This document shows, in pieces, positions 54,301-64,000 of a stretch of 64,000 nt of DNA. How positions within the stretch are numbered: the stretch's first letter is position 1; every line of letters begins with the position of its first letter. Source of the DNA: Vicugna vicugna (taxonomy: Eukaryota). Location of the stretch: positions 1,654,963 to 1,718,962 of the forward strand of contig MU058781.1 in assembly GCA_013265495.1 (NCBI GenBank). The letters run 5' to 3'. Made by a program: the position numbers and the translations under genes. The notes beneath the pieces are model-generated. The model saw only the letters and a list, made by a program, of their open reading frames with translations, did no database searches and was not told the origin of the DNA.

Positions 54301-57300
54301 AAAAAAAATAACAATGGATCATAGACCTAAATGTAAAACCTATTTGAAAGAAAACATAAGGAAAAATATTGTGACCTTGGGTTAGGCAAAGATTTCTTAG
54401 ATATGACACCAAAAGTACAACTTATAAAAGAACAAATTGATAAATAGGACTTAATCAAAATGAAAAACTTCTGCTGTTTGTATTTTTAACTTTTTGAGGA
54501 ACCCCCCTACTGTTTTTTTATAGTGGCTTCATCATTTTCCATTCCCACGGATAGTATGCAAGATTTCCAATTTCTCCATGTCCTAACCAACACTTATCTT
54601 TTGTGGGATTTTTTTTTTATATAATAACAAGGGGTTAATAACCAAAATGTCTAAGGAACTCCTACAATTCAGTAGCAAAAAAAAAAAAAAATCACCTGAT
54701 TAAAAAATGGGGAAAGGATTTGAAGAGACATTTCTCCAAAGAAGATATACAAATGGCCCATAAGTATATATTAAGAGGCTCAATATCACTAATCATCAGG
54801 AAAAGCTTTTTTTTTTTGCACCTGGTGGATTCGAAGTCAGAGCTGGGCAGGAGGCACTGATGCATCTGTGGCATCACCACGGCTCACTGTCGACTTGATG
54901 ATCCCACTCTGCCTTCCAGTCTTTATATGCCCGACAGAGAAGGGCTCAGCAGAAGTCTGTTTTGTTTTAAATAACCGGTTGTCAGGCAGAGGATCTGTAG
55001 AAGTGGACTGCAAGATAAGAAGTCTGTCGCAGAATGGGGCACTTCCCACGCGCTGGGCTCACAATCAGACAAAGGGCACATGACGGGGAAAAGAAATGCT
55101 ATCAAGTGATGAAAGGAGAAAATGGTGGTGGTACAGCTCTGGTAATTCAATATATTCTGTTTTAGGAAAGATTCTGCTTTTGAGGGTGACAGAAAGCAAG
55201 AAACAAGGATGTCGGTAATGGAATACCTTTTATTGTTTTGGGGCAACACTTACCACATTTTTGTTATTTGCATACCATCTTCAAAATTTGACATTCCTCT
55301 GCTCTTTATGCTTCTCAGTTAAATCTATCTTCAGCTTGTTTTAAAAGGAAGTATTCCATTTTCAAATGGAAAATCAGCATTAGTCGTACAAATAGTTGGT
55401 AAGCACCCAGATAAATACAACAGAAAATGACAAAGTTGTATCGAGTTGTACTTCTACTTGTATTAGGCTTTGAGCCAAACGTCTGGTCTTGCTTTAAGAA
55501 ATGATTACATAAATACAAGAGAGTGTTAAAGACTTATTAGCAGCTGAATAGAATGTTAATGAATTGAAAGAAATATTTGGTTCTTAGCCAATGACATGGC
55601 TTCGTTCCTGTGTGAGCCAATTCCCACCTGTCCAGTGCATTAAAAATATGTATATATGAGCAGTAAATGAAATTTTTTTTCCCTAAAATTGACACCATGG
55701 GCTTCCAACCAACAAGTTAAGGCTCCTTCTTGCTTTTTCTTAGCAGTGGTCTTCACTCTCTGCTGCCCAGTGCTCCAGCTGGAATCACATGGGAAGCGGA
55801 AGGGGAGGCCTGGAACTCTTCCCCAGAGATTCAGACTTAATTGACACAGAGTGATCTAGGCATTGGGTTTTTCAAAGCCCCTCTCCTAGTGATTCTAATA
55901 TGCAGCCAAACTTAAGAACCACTGCTCTAGATACTTTTTTTTTTTTGTAAATAACTTTCAACATCTCTTTATATAAAACCCAAAAGCCTGGGACAGCCTT
56001 GCTGCATGGTTTTTCAGTCGGGCACATTGAAGGGAGTAATGCTTGCGTTTTGCAAGACACCAGGGTGAAAAACTCTGGATGTATGTAGTGAGTTCCATAA
56101 ACTTTCTTTTTTCTCCCTTGTAGGAGTAAGATGCAAATACGCCTGGTTTACAAAGTTACTTTTAAAAATGACCTTCTTTACAAAATGTTCAACTGCTAAA
56201 CATTTTAAAGTCAGAATAATTGTGTCTTCAAAAATGGATTCCTTAGAACAATAGTTCACAATCACCCACCTTAAAAGTTATGGGTTAGGAAGAGGCTGTA
56301 GCTCAGTGGTAGAGCTCATGCTTAGCATGCACGAGGTCCTGGGTCCAACCCTAGTAGCTCCATTAAATAAAATAATACCCCACCACCACCAAAAGTTACA
56401 GGTCATGTTACATAAACAAGGGTGACACAGCCCCTGACATAGGATGGTCTCAGGGGCTGAGTCTGCATGTTGCCATTCTCAGCACAGGGTGTATCCTCCA
56501 GCTGATCCGTTTCGTATTTGAGAAGACTGTCAGATATTGTCACCACTTAGTATGTTTGTATTCGTAAGAATCCTCCCTGACCTGAGATAAGACTGTCTTA
56601 CCAGCTGAATGATGGAGCGCCCTCTAGAGGCATGGTGGTTTAAGGACTGGGCCCCCGCCTCCCCCACCGGAGGGGCACAACAGACAGGGTTCAGAGTTAT
56701 GTGTTTTGTTAAAGTCAAAAATTCGGTATTAAAATCGAGCATACACATTTATTTGTCATAGCATTCATAAAAGCTAATCAAAAACCAGACTTTTAAAACA
56801 TAAACATCAATGTACAGTTGAGTAATCCACCAAAACAGAATTAAACTTGCCCTAAATCTCTAAATTTTGGAGTCCAGGCTCAATTGCAAAATGCTTTACG
56901 GTGTAAATAGAAAACCCCTTTGTTTTATTTTAGCTCCTCTAAGACATAGACAAGCGTGTCTTTGCAAAAGTAATTCTTATAATTTCTTTTGTTGTTTGGG
57001 TTAGTATTTTGAAGTTTGTGTTGGTAAGAAATCAGATGCATCAGCTTTTGGACAGTTCCCTAACATCTCTTAAGTTGCAGATACTTGATGAGAGAGCATT
57101 TTGTCATCTTTTATAACAGTAGCTTGGTTGAGAACTGACAAATGAAATAATCGTTTTGCTCTTTTATTCTGTAAGAGAGCCCAGGATTCTTGAAGGAGTT
57201 ACTTCGCTTTTGTCTAACTTTGTAGTAATATATTTAATTGTACATAAATGGTACCAGTGCCCTTTTAATAGTGCTCATTTATCATTTGTGTTTGTAAGTT

Positions 57301-58753
57301 GAGCTATAGGAAACACCTCTTCTCAGAGAGTAATCAAGATTCAAGTACTAGCACCAGTGACCTGTCCTGGACCAGTAACCAAAAAAGGAAATCCCTAAAG
57401 TCATATCCTAGTAGGAAAAAGAAAAGAACCAGAAGTAGCGCCAGAAGTAAGTTTGGTGGGTGTTTCCTTTCCAGGCACCTTTCAGATCCATCAGTAGGTA
57501 CTACTTTTCCAGCGTGTGATGGGAGCGGGTACCAAAGAGATAGATGATCGTGTAATCCTCCTTCTCTGATGCAAGTACATCGGGAAGGGAAAATACACGT
57601 ACATGAAACAGCACAAAAGAGTGTGGAATTGACCAATAATAGTTAAATAAGAGCTACCGATGAACGGAGTAAGGAGGTCCGTTCAGAGGAATCCGACATA
57701 AGCTGGAATCCTCAGGAAAAGCTTCAAGGAAGAGGTGGGTGGAGCTTCAGCTAATCCAGGGGAAAGGGTAGGATTTGATGAGGTGTGGAGACACGGAAGC
57801 ATTCTAATTACATAAAAGTACAAGGGCAAACTAAGGGACCTGAAAGCAGCATCCAGGGATGTGATCTGGAGCAGAGAGTTCACGCTGGGTGATGAGCAAA
57901 GCAGAACAATTAGAGTTCTTGAGAGCGAGGCATTTTGGCAAGCTGTGGGAAGTGGGAGTTGCTTCTGGTGTATATTTTTGTATTTCTCATAAGTAAACTT
58001 ACCCATTGTGTATACTTATTCCCTTTCGTTTTAGTCTTGCCACCTCTCCCTCTCAGTAGTGGCAGTGACCTTGAGAAAGACCAAGTAAGTAAATTTTATC
58101 TGGCCTGCTGTGTGCTCTTAACAGCGAAAGCATGAAACAAGTTAATCTGTTTCAGATTAAACTACCTTTATTTGGCAAAAATAAAACAACAACAACAAAA
58201 AAAAACTTCTGTCCAAAATATGAGAATAACAAACCAGTGGTTTACTCATAAATCACTTTCAATAGAAACTTCAAAGACTTCTGAACATTTAGTATGAATC
58301 GTGGATAAAGATTTAGAATCTTTTTTCATCGTTTCCAAATTTGTTGAAAGATGTTTATTATCAACAGTGCTTAAAACCTGGGCTATTCTGATTTCCTGCA
58401 AATGTATCCTCTTCTGAATTTATATTTTAAAATAAATCTCTTGGTTTAATTCTTCCTTTAGTTTTCAGTTTGTTGACATGTTACTCTCAAAGATTTCAGT
58501 GATTTAAACATTTAAATCTTTATTTTTGCAAGTCGTTGAAATGCCTTCAGGTTTATATAAACAATGAATAAGCCCTGAAAGTCTCTTGATTCTCTTCAGT
58601 TACCCTTGTTTTATAGCGAAGTAGTTAAGAACATGGACACTAGTGTCCTCCAGACCAATTCAAAGCTTAATTTATCATGTTTTTAGCTTGATTACCTTTC
58701 TCCGGGGTTGGTTTTTGTTGTCAAATGAAATTTTATATATAGAGAGAGTGTGC

Positions 58754-58794
<41 letters not shown>

Positions 58795-61509
58795 TACACA
58801 CACTATATACATGATATATGTTTTCTATGTAATGTAGATCATTATACATTATATGTAATCATGTATATATAATACATGACATATATATAATAATTGTGTA
58901 CATATATTAGATATATGTATTCAGACACACACACTGCCCAAAGACTATCGTGCCAAGTGTTTAGAAATTTTCTAAGGGCAGCTGCTGGGATTCTGAGAGC
59001 ATCACCAGCACCCTGCTTACTCGTACAGAAATAACTGTGGTCAGAGCTCTAATTGTAGCTCCATCTCTGCCCTTCCCCACCGCCTGCCTTCTTCCATCAG
59101 CCTGGGGTGTTGTCCTCTGTGAATCTAAGGGACTCATGTTCTGTAATGACTGAGATAGCTTATAGTTTAAACCTATGAGTAAGTACCTAAATATCTGTTG
59201 AATAGTTCAACCTGAAATAAGGGGTTATCAGAAAAAGGCCAGAAGAACAGTTTTTAGCATGATATAGCTTTAAAAAATTAGGTACCAAAGAAACATCAAA
59301 GTTTTGAGAATCCATAAACATAAGGTATGCAACTGACAGGAAGTCCAGCTGATGTCCAGTGAGGCCACTGCTGACTTTGTACAGACAGTGGTATCTAAAA
59401 CTCACTTCTCCGTATTGGAGTTTAAGAGAATAATTTAGAGCAGGAGTTGGCAAACCTTTTCTGTAAAAGGCCAGATAGTAAATATTTTCATCTTTTCAAG
59501 CTGTATGATTTCTGTAGCAACCACTCACCTTTGCCCTTGTAGCATGAAAGTAGCCATGGACAATACTCAAAGAATCCGTGTGTTGTGTTCTAATAAAACT
59601 TTATTTACAAGAACAGGCAGTGAGCTGTAGTTTGCTGACTGCTGGTTTAGACAGTGGATCTCAGGCTTCAGTGATGATCAGGATGACCAGGATGGCTTGC
59701 TGAAACGCAGGCTGAGATTTTGATTGAGTGCATTGTAGGTGGGGCCTGCGAATTTGCGTTTCCATCAAGTTCTCACGTGTTGCCGAGGCTCTGGTTCAGG
59801 ACCACACTTGGAGAACTTTGAGAGTCATCTTTGAGTCAGATTTATCAATTGATCCATGCTCTAATGGGCTTCCAGCCTTGGGATCTTACGGTCTTAGTGA
59901 GGTTATTTTCGAATAGAGCATATTCAATACTTAAACTTTTTAAAAGGATATTGGAAACGTCTTAGAACGTTTCGATAAGTTGTTTTGAGTGGTTGTGAAT
60001 GTTAACACTTTAAAAATACTATATTTTAGGCTAAAATTCTAACACCATTATGGAAAGAGACCTCCAGACAAAAAAATGCCACACCTCCAAAAATTCCTGG
60101 AGCAAAATTTCAGAGTAGTTCTGCCTTTTTAACTCCTGAAGATTCTGCCCAGAAAACAGGTATGTGATTTTCTGTCAATTTATGTAGAAAAAATTATATT
60201 TTGACAAAGGTAGTTTGAAAAAAACAAAACATATTTCTTTTAATATATGTTGAAGAAAATGTGAAGGTGTGATTGATTGTTCTTCTCTTTTATGCCCTCA
60301 TTGTGTCTTAATTTTGTTTTAACATTTGAGATCAGCTTATGCACAAGAATTGTTGTGTTCTTCCTCTTTTAAAGAAGCAAGAAAATTCAAATAATGATTT
60401 ATTGCAGGGGTCAGTAGACTTTTCTGTAGAGGACCAGATAGTAATTATTTTTGCTTTATGGCCCCTATACTTTCTGTTGCAACCATTCGTCTCTGCATAT
60501 GTAGCCCCAAATCAGCCACAGAAAAGACATAAACCAATGGGCATGGCTGTGTTTCTATAAAACTTTATTATAGAATCAGATGTCAAACTGGATTTGACCT
60601 GAGGGCCTGGAGTTTGCCAGCCCTTGACCTATAGGGTTTATCTCACCGCACCCACCCCCGCCCCTGTATTTTATTAAAATGATCTGCATCATTTACATTT
60701 TAGGGGTTTTGTTTTGCTCTTTATCATTCTACATTTTAGCACGTTGACAGGCACATAATGGTGCTTAGTAAGCATATGACTGGGAGCCTCTTAGCTTGGC
60801 TGCCACCAGCAGAAAAGAAGTAGGGAAAGGAAAAGAGGAGAGAGGAAAAATAGAGCAATAGAGTAAGAGGAATAAAGGGAGCCAATCTAAGAGAGGAGAG
60901 AGAAGGACCACAACATTGAGGTGATAGAGTCTTTGTCATGTATCTGGGGCCAGATGGGCAGCTGCTGAAGGTACTGATCCAGTTGGGGTAAGTGGCTATT
61001 GATTTCATGCACAGACCTATAAAATTAATACCCATGGGTGCCCTGAAAGATCCAAAGTACTTCTTGGTTTGGGGATTTTTCTTTTTTAGAGCTGTGTCCA
61101 TTTTGGGGGGCATGGGGGATGGTGAAATTTTATATGTAGATTGACACTGAAATTTTATGGCCTCAGTTTCTTCTCAGTGTGCTTATTCCCTGAAAACTTT
61201 TCATTATCCCTCATATTCAGAACTTCACAGTCCTCACCCACTGAGTGAGCTTTCTTCCTTGGAGCATTCAGATGTTGAAGGAAACGTATCTAAGGTACTA
61301 TTTAATTGTTGGTTATTCATCGGGTTTTTCAGAATTAATATTATATTGGTTTATTCCTTCTTAAGGGATAATACAGCACCATGTGTTTCTTATCTTGACA
61401 TAAATACATGTATTTGTGTGTGTGTGTATATTTTCAAAGACTGTGACCCAAGAGTCGTCGACGACAAGTGCTAGCTTCAAACATAAACTGCAAAACTCGG
61501 AGGACAGAG
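29858..61509 (+). CDS. SYCP2L: Synaptonemal complex protein 2-like, 3'-partial: 25 coding exons, 2068 nt (689 codons + 1 nt), continues beyond the window
   Basis: Exons translate to the SYCP2-family N-terminal region ([11 protein letters not shown]..., ELDKNEFQ..., [39 protein letters not shown]) and [12 protein letters not shown]. All phases are compatible and there are no stops. The head-to-head position with GCM2 matches known mammalian synteny. Confidence 0.96.
31200..31268 (+). CDS. SYCP2L: SYCP2L exon 2 (69 nt; [23 protein letters not shown])
   Basis: cacag|GAA ... TAT|gtaaag. Confidence 0.75.
32156..32290 (+). mobile_element. tRNA-derived SINE, 5'-truncated, TSD AAAAGAATATATTC
   Basis: Partial SINE body with A tail and flanking direct repeat. 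Confidence 0.85.
32445..32575 (-). mobile_element. tRNA-derived SINE
   Basis: ctgggggattgaacccaggacc...ctgagctataccctcccc. Confidence 0.9.
32910..33018 (-). mobile_element. tRNA-derived SINE
   Basis: Same consensus, more diverged. Confidence 0.85.
33350..33487 (+). CDS. SYCP2L: SYCP2L exon 3 (138 nt; [10 protein letters not shown]...LDRLISK), GC donor
   Basis: ttccag|CTT ... AAG|gcaagt. Confidence 0.9.
33570..33689 (+). CDS. SYCP2L: SYCP2L exon 4 (120 nt; ELDKNEFQ...QGLIPK), AT donor
   Basis: cctag|GAA ... AAG|ataagt. Confidence 0.88.
34447..34750 (+). mobile_element. L1 3' end fragment with poly(A)
   Basis: gaacttacttacaaaacagaaacagactcac...ctatacttcaatt followed by an A tail. Confidence 0.88.
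36955..37059 (+). CDS. SYCP2L: SYCP2L exon 5 (105 nt; MVSWFERT...FFDTAL), AC acceptor
   Basis: cttcccctgtgtac|ATG ... TTG|gtaagg. Confidence 0.88.
37488..37512 (+). CDS. SYCP2L: SYCP2L exon 6 (25-nt microexon; IISRTSSK)
   Basis: Long pyrimidine tract, ttag|ATT ... G|gtaagt. Confidence 0.9.
38201..38390 (-). mobile_element. tRNA-derived SINE, flanked by the direct repeat AATAGTTT
   Basis: Same consensus with T-rich tail. Confidence 0.85.
38725..39010. mobile_element. MLT1-like (MaLR) LTR fragment
   Basis: ggcttaatcaacagaaatttat...cttcttgctgtgtcctcac...acctcccaaagg...ttcagtccatagca. Confidence 0.7.
39267..39764 (-). mobile_element. Young 5'-truncated L1 with TSD TGTATGC(A/G)TTTT
   Basis: TSD at 39255-39266 and 39765-39776. 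Confidence 0.9.
40604..40689 (+). CDS. SYCP2L: SYCP2L exon 7 (86 nt; GKSQML...HLIQRE)
   Basis: tttcag|GG ... GAG|gtgagt. Confidence 0.92.
40801..40889 (+). CDS. SYCP2L: SYCP2L exon 8 (89 nt; GLRTLNCIL...PCRLM)
   Basis: gtccag|GGC ... AT|gtacgt. Confidence 0.92.
41262..41450 (-). mobile_element. L1 3' end fragment
   Basis: aattgaagtatagttgatttacaatg. Confidence 0.85.
42859..42893 (+). CDS. SYCP2L: SYCP2L exon 9 (35 nt; [11 protein letters not shown])
   Basis: tttcag|G ... G|gtaaga. Confidence 0.92.
43530..43645 (-). mobile_element. tRNA-derived SINE
   Basis: Same consensus. Confidence 0.88.
43977..44119 (+). CDS. SYCP2L: SYCP2L exon 10 (143 nt; DYDQQVAL...REFET)
   Basis: ccctag|AT ... ACG|gtgaga. 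Confidence 0.94.
44467..44600 (+). mobile_element. tRNA-derived SINE, near-intact, degenerate TSD AAAACGTG(A/C)A(C/T)TTCA
   Basis: GGGGGAAGGTATAGCTCAGTGGTAGAGCGCGTGCCTAGCATGCACGAGGTCCTAGGTTCAATCCCCAGTACCTCC. Confidence 0.92.
45538..45687 (-). mobile_element. tRNA-derived SINE, TSD AAAAGT(C/A)ATTATCTT
   Basis: Same consensus with flanking direct repeat. Confidence 0.88.
46457..46509 (+). CDS. SYCP2L: SYCP2L exon 11 (53 nt; [18 protein letters not shown])
   Basis: ttgaag|GAT ... AG|gtaaga. Confidence 0.93.
47123..47168 (+). CDS. SYCP2L: SYCP2L exon 12 (46 nt; [15 protein letters not shown])
   Basis: ttgcag|G ... GAG|gtatgt. Confidence 0.93.
48321..48619. mobile_element. MER2-like (Tigger/Tc1-mariner) non-autonomous element with TA flanks
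   Basis: TA|caatcatccctcggcatctg ... ggatacagagggctgactg|TA terminal inverted repeats. Confidence 0.8.
49058..49150 (+). CDS. SYCP2L: SYCP2L exon 13 (93 nt; [31 protein letters not shown])
   Basis: ttacag|ATG ... GAG|gtaacc. Confidence 0.95.
49244..49304 (+). CDS. SYCP2L: SYCP2L exon 14 (61 nt; [20 protein letters not shown])
   Basis: ttccaag|AGT ... G|gtaaga. Confidence 0.92.
49560..50165 (+). mobile_element. Old L1 (L1MB-like) 3' fragment
   Basis: atgttcatagcagcattattcacaatagcc...cacttaaaaatggttaa. Confidence 0.85.
50739..50881 (+). CDS. SYCP2L: SYCP2L exon 15 (143 nt; EAEMKIL...LGEDKQ)
   Basis: tgctag|AG ... CAG|gtggca; an alternative GC donor lies 3 nt downstream. Confidence 0.88.
50955..51420 (-). 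mobile_element. L1 3' end fragment
   Basis: gagatataattgacata...agattccacgtataagtgagatcatatgg. Confidence 0.85.
51474..51564 (+). CDS. SYCP2L: SYCP2L exon 16 (91 nt; VMPHQAKIS...HEKEP)
   Basis: tttcag|GTG ... G|gtatac. Confidence 0.85.
52075..52172 (+). CDS. SYCP2L: SYCP2L exon 17 (98 nt; QAEESTEL...NQSEPA)
   Basis: gtacag|GC ... GCG|gtgagt. Confidence 0.9.
53020..53077 (+). CDS. SYCP2L: SYCP2L exon 18 (58 nt; [19 protein letters not shown])
   Basis: Strong acceptor ttcctgcag|CAA ... G|gtcaga; phase-compatible; called from splice signals and phase only. Confidence 0.72.
53175..53259 (+). CDS. SYCP2L: SYCP2L exon 19 (85 nt; [10 protein letters not shown]...LNDTSR)
   Basis: gcttag|AA ... 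AG|gtaagg; phase-compatible. Confidence 0.72.
53585..54805. mobile_element. Mosaic of old L1 pieces in both orientations
   Basis: Plus-strand ORF2-like sequence at about 53640-54478 and 54622-54803; minus-strand pieces at about 53585-53635 and 54480-54620. Confidence 0.75.
55166..55214 (+). CDS. SYCP2L: SYCP2L exon 20 (49 nt; [16 protein letters not shown])
   Basis: ttttag|G ... TCG|gtaatg; restores phase 0 for exon 21. Confidence 0.7.
56287..56390 (+). mobile_element. tRNA-derived SINE
   Basis: Same consensus; flanked by AAAAGTTA repeats. Confidence 0.88.
57299..57446 (+). CDS. SYCP2L: SYCP2L exon 21 (148 nt; [11 protein letters not shown]...[10 protein letters not shown], basic NLS-like)
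   Basis: tgtaag|TTG ... A|gtaagt. Confidence 0.9.
58035..58084 (+). CDS. SYCP2L: SYCP2L exon 22 (50 nt; [17 protein letters not shown])
   Basis: ttttag|TC ... CAA|gtaagt. Confidence 0.9.
58736..58935. repeat. (TA)n/(CA)n microsatellite and AT-rich low-complexity tract
   Basis: Directly visible dinucleotide repeats. Confidence 0.9.
59441..59645. mobile_element. MER58-like hAT MITE, immediately followed by a MER5-like element (about 59651-59818)
   Basis: caggagttggcaaac...ctgtaaaaggccagatagtaaatatttt...gtttgctgactgctg. Confidence 0.8.
60030..60159 (+). CDS. SYCP2L: SYCP2L exon 23 (130 nt; AKILTP...EDSAQKT)
   Basis: ttttag|GCT ... G|gtatgt. Confidence 0.9.
60405..60627. mobile_element. MER58-like hAT MITE
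   Basis: caggggtcagtagac...ccagatagtaattatttt...gtttgccagcccttg. Confidence 0.75.
61221..61294 (+). CDS. SYCP2L: SYCP2L exon 24 (74 nt; [25 protein letters not shown])
   Basis: attcag|AA ... AAG|gtacta. Confidence 0.9.
61440..61509 (+). CDS. SYCP2L: SYCP2L exon 25 (70 nt; [23 protein letters not shown])
   Basis: tcaaag|ACT ... G|gtgaga. Confidence 0.88.
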
Positions 61510-61814
61510 GTGAGAGAATTTTAAACTCTTTTTGCAGAATGAAGCAAAATGAATCTGATTTTGGCAGGCTAGGCTGTTACTCAAATTGAGGCAGATCCAG
61601 TCACTATACAGAGTGACAGTTGCCAGGCCTTGGAGAGAGCACGGCGATGTGCCTACCGGCTCCAAATATGCATGAAGGTCGAGGGGAGGAGGACGGGGTT
61701 TCGCTCAGGAACAAGACTTGTCTGTGTCAAGAAGCGTGTGTCCTGAGACTGGAGTCCCATCAACCAGCATGCCTCCTTTCCAGCCCCACAGAAGGTACCG
61801 AAATCCCTTACTAT

Positions 61815-62962
61815 TATTGTTTTGTTGTCACTTTCTCCCTTCAGATCTTAGTTTTTTCTTAAAATATTTAGGTGCTCTGATATTGGGTGCATATATATTT
61901 ATAGTTGTTACATTTTCTTGATGAATTGAACCCTTTATCATTATATAATAACCTTCTTTGTCTCTTGTTACATTTTTTGACTTCAAGTCTATTTTGTCTG
62001 GTAGAAGCATAGCTATTCCTGCTTTCTTTTGGTTTCCAGTTGCATGGAATATTTTTCTCCATTCTTTCACGTTGAGCCTGCGTGTGTCCTTAAAGCTGAG
62101 TTTAGTCTTCTGTAAGCAGCATATAGTTAGGTCTTGTTATTTTATCCATTTAGCCACTCTGTGCCATTTGACTGGAGAATTTGATCCATTTACATTTAAA
62201 GTAATCATTGCTATGTTAGGACTAATGCCTTTGTTTTAATTGTTTTCTGGCTGTTTTGTAGTTCCTTTTCATTTCTTCCTCTCTTGCTGTTTTCTTTTGT
62301 GGTTGATGATTTTCTGTAGTGGTATGCTTTGATTCCCTTTTCTTTATCTTTTATATATTTACTATAGACTTTTGCTTTGTGGTTACCATGAGGCTTACAT
62401 AAAACATTTTATAGATCTAGTTCAAGCTGATAACAACTTAACTTTTATGGCATACAAAACTCTACCATTTTTCTCTCCCCACCCACATTTTATGTTTTAG
62501 ATCTCATAATCCATCTCTTTTTATATTGTGTATCTATTAGAAATTATTATAGCTATACTTATTTTAAATATTTTTATCCTTTGATCTTTATTCTAGAGTT
62601 GATTAACACATCACTGTATTACAGTATTAGAGTATTCTGAATTTGAATGTAGACTTACCTTTACCAGGATGTTTCATATTTTCATGTTACTATTAGTGTT
62701 TTTTCATTTCTTTTGACAAAAACTGCTTTCCACATTATTTGTAAAGCAGATCTAGTGATAGATCAGCTCTGGCAACCACCAATCTGTTCTCTGTACCTAA
62801 AAGTTTGGTTTTATTTTTTGTTTTTAGATTCCACAGGTAAGTGAGATCATATGGTATTTGTCTTTCTCTGTTTGACTTATTTCACTTAGCATTTTGCCCT
62901 CAAAGTCCATCCATGTTGTCACAAACGGCAAGACTTTATTTTTTATTGCTGAATAATATTCC

Positions 62963-62996
<34 letters not shown>

Positions 62997-64000
62997 CACA
63001 TACATTTTATATATATATATATATACATACACACATACAGTCATACACACACACCACATTTTTATTATTCATCCATCATTGGACGCTTATATTGCTTCCA
63101 TGTATTGGCTGTTGTAAACAATACTGCAGTGAACATTGGCAGGGGAACACATATAATTCCAAGTTAATGTTTTTCTTTTCTTCTGTTAAATATGAAGATG
63201 TGGAATTGCTAGATCATATGGTAGTTTTATTTTTAATGTTTTTAAGAACCTCCATACTGTTTTCCATAGTGGCCACACAAATTTACATTCCAACTAACAG
63301 TGCACAAGGGTTTTATTTTCTCCACATCTTCACCACCACTTGTTATCTCTTGTCTTTTGTTAACAGGCATTCTACTAAATAGAGGTGATATCTCCTTGTG
63401 GTTTTGATTTTCATTTCTCTGATCAATGGTACTATTAAGCACCTTTTCATGTACCTGTTGGCCACCTGTGTGTTTTTGGAAAAATGTCTACTCAGATTCT
63501 CTGCCCACTTTTTAATTGGATTTTTTTTTGTCCATTGAGTTATGTGAGTTCTTTATATACTTTGGATATTAACCCTTTATCAGATGTACAATTTGCAAAT
63601 ATTTTCTTCTATTTTGTAGGTTGGTTTTTCATTCTGTTTATTTTTTTTTTCCTGTACAGAAGAAGCTTGGTGTAGTCCCACTTATTTATTTTTGTTTTGT
63701 TGCCTGCTTGTGGTGTCAAATCCAAAAAAAGTGATTGTCAAGACAGATGTCATGGAGCTCGCTGCCTGTGTTTTCTTCTAGGATTTTTGTGGTTTCAAGT
63801 CTTACATGCAAGTCTTTAATCCATTTGAGGTAATTTTCATGTATGATGTTAGTGGTCCAGTTTCATTCTTTTACATGTGGCTGTCATAGTTTCCTAACAC
63901 CGTTTATTGAAGAGACTGTTTTTCTCCATTATATACTCTTGGCTTCTTTGTTGTAAATTAGTTGATCATATATGCATGGGTTTATTTCTGGGCTCTCTAT
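61815..64000 (-). mobile_element. L1 fragments: ORF2 endonuclease region (about 61815-62760) and an L1 3' region (about 62765-64000) with a TG/TA microsatellite
   Basis: ORF 61828-62070 reads WRKIFHATGNQKKAGIA...RDKEGYYIMIKGSIHQE...NIYAPN, typical of the L1 APE-type endonuclease. Confidence 0.92.

Noticed and set aside
56934..56969. 36-nt exon-like unit (ttttag|CTC...AAA|gtaatt) in SYCP2L intron 20
   Set aside because: In the required phase 0 it reads CTC CTC TAA (stop), and exons 20 and 21 already join in frame. At most a vestigial or poison exon.
61690..61800. Possible SYCP2L exon 26 ending GAAG|gtaccg
   Set aside because: The translation does not resemble the expected next SYCP2L segment and the acceptor is poor; the next exon probably lies beyond the window.

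Overview
Mammalian genomic DNA, most likely a camelid (alpaca/camel), inferred from about 10 copies of a short tRNA-derived SINE of the camelid type. The window holds two head-to-head genes. GCM2 (parathyroid transcription factor, minus strand) is complete: 5 coding exons, 25960->20175, 1488 nt, 495 aa. SYCP2L (plus strand) is 3'-incomplete: ATG at 29858, 25 coding exons traced to 61509, 2068 nt in one continuous frame. Bases 1-19000 are intergenic and repeat-rich (L1, L2, MIR, hAT/Tigger MITEs, MLT2, four ERV1-type solo LTRs). I found no novel multi-gene system. The most unusual observations are: (1) a U2-like AT-AC intron (AAG|ATAAGT...GTAC|ATG) directly after a GC-AG intron in SYCP2L; (2) a young L1 whose target-site duplication copies the probable GCM2 poly(A) signal; (3) an apparent 11-aa in-frame deletion in GCM2 exon 5 relative to human; (4) a stop-free, in-frame, G-rich GCM2 intron 2; (5) a tail-less 72-bp young L1 patch replacing the left arm of a MER53; (6) a candidate GCM2 intron 1 enhancer with a perfect PBX-MEIS site. 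Comparisons with human proteins and repeat family names come from memory, not from searches. Repeat boundaries without TSDs are approximate.
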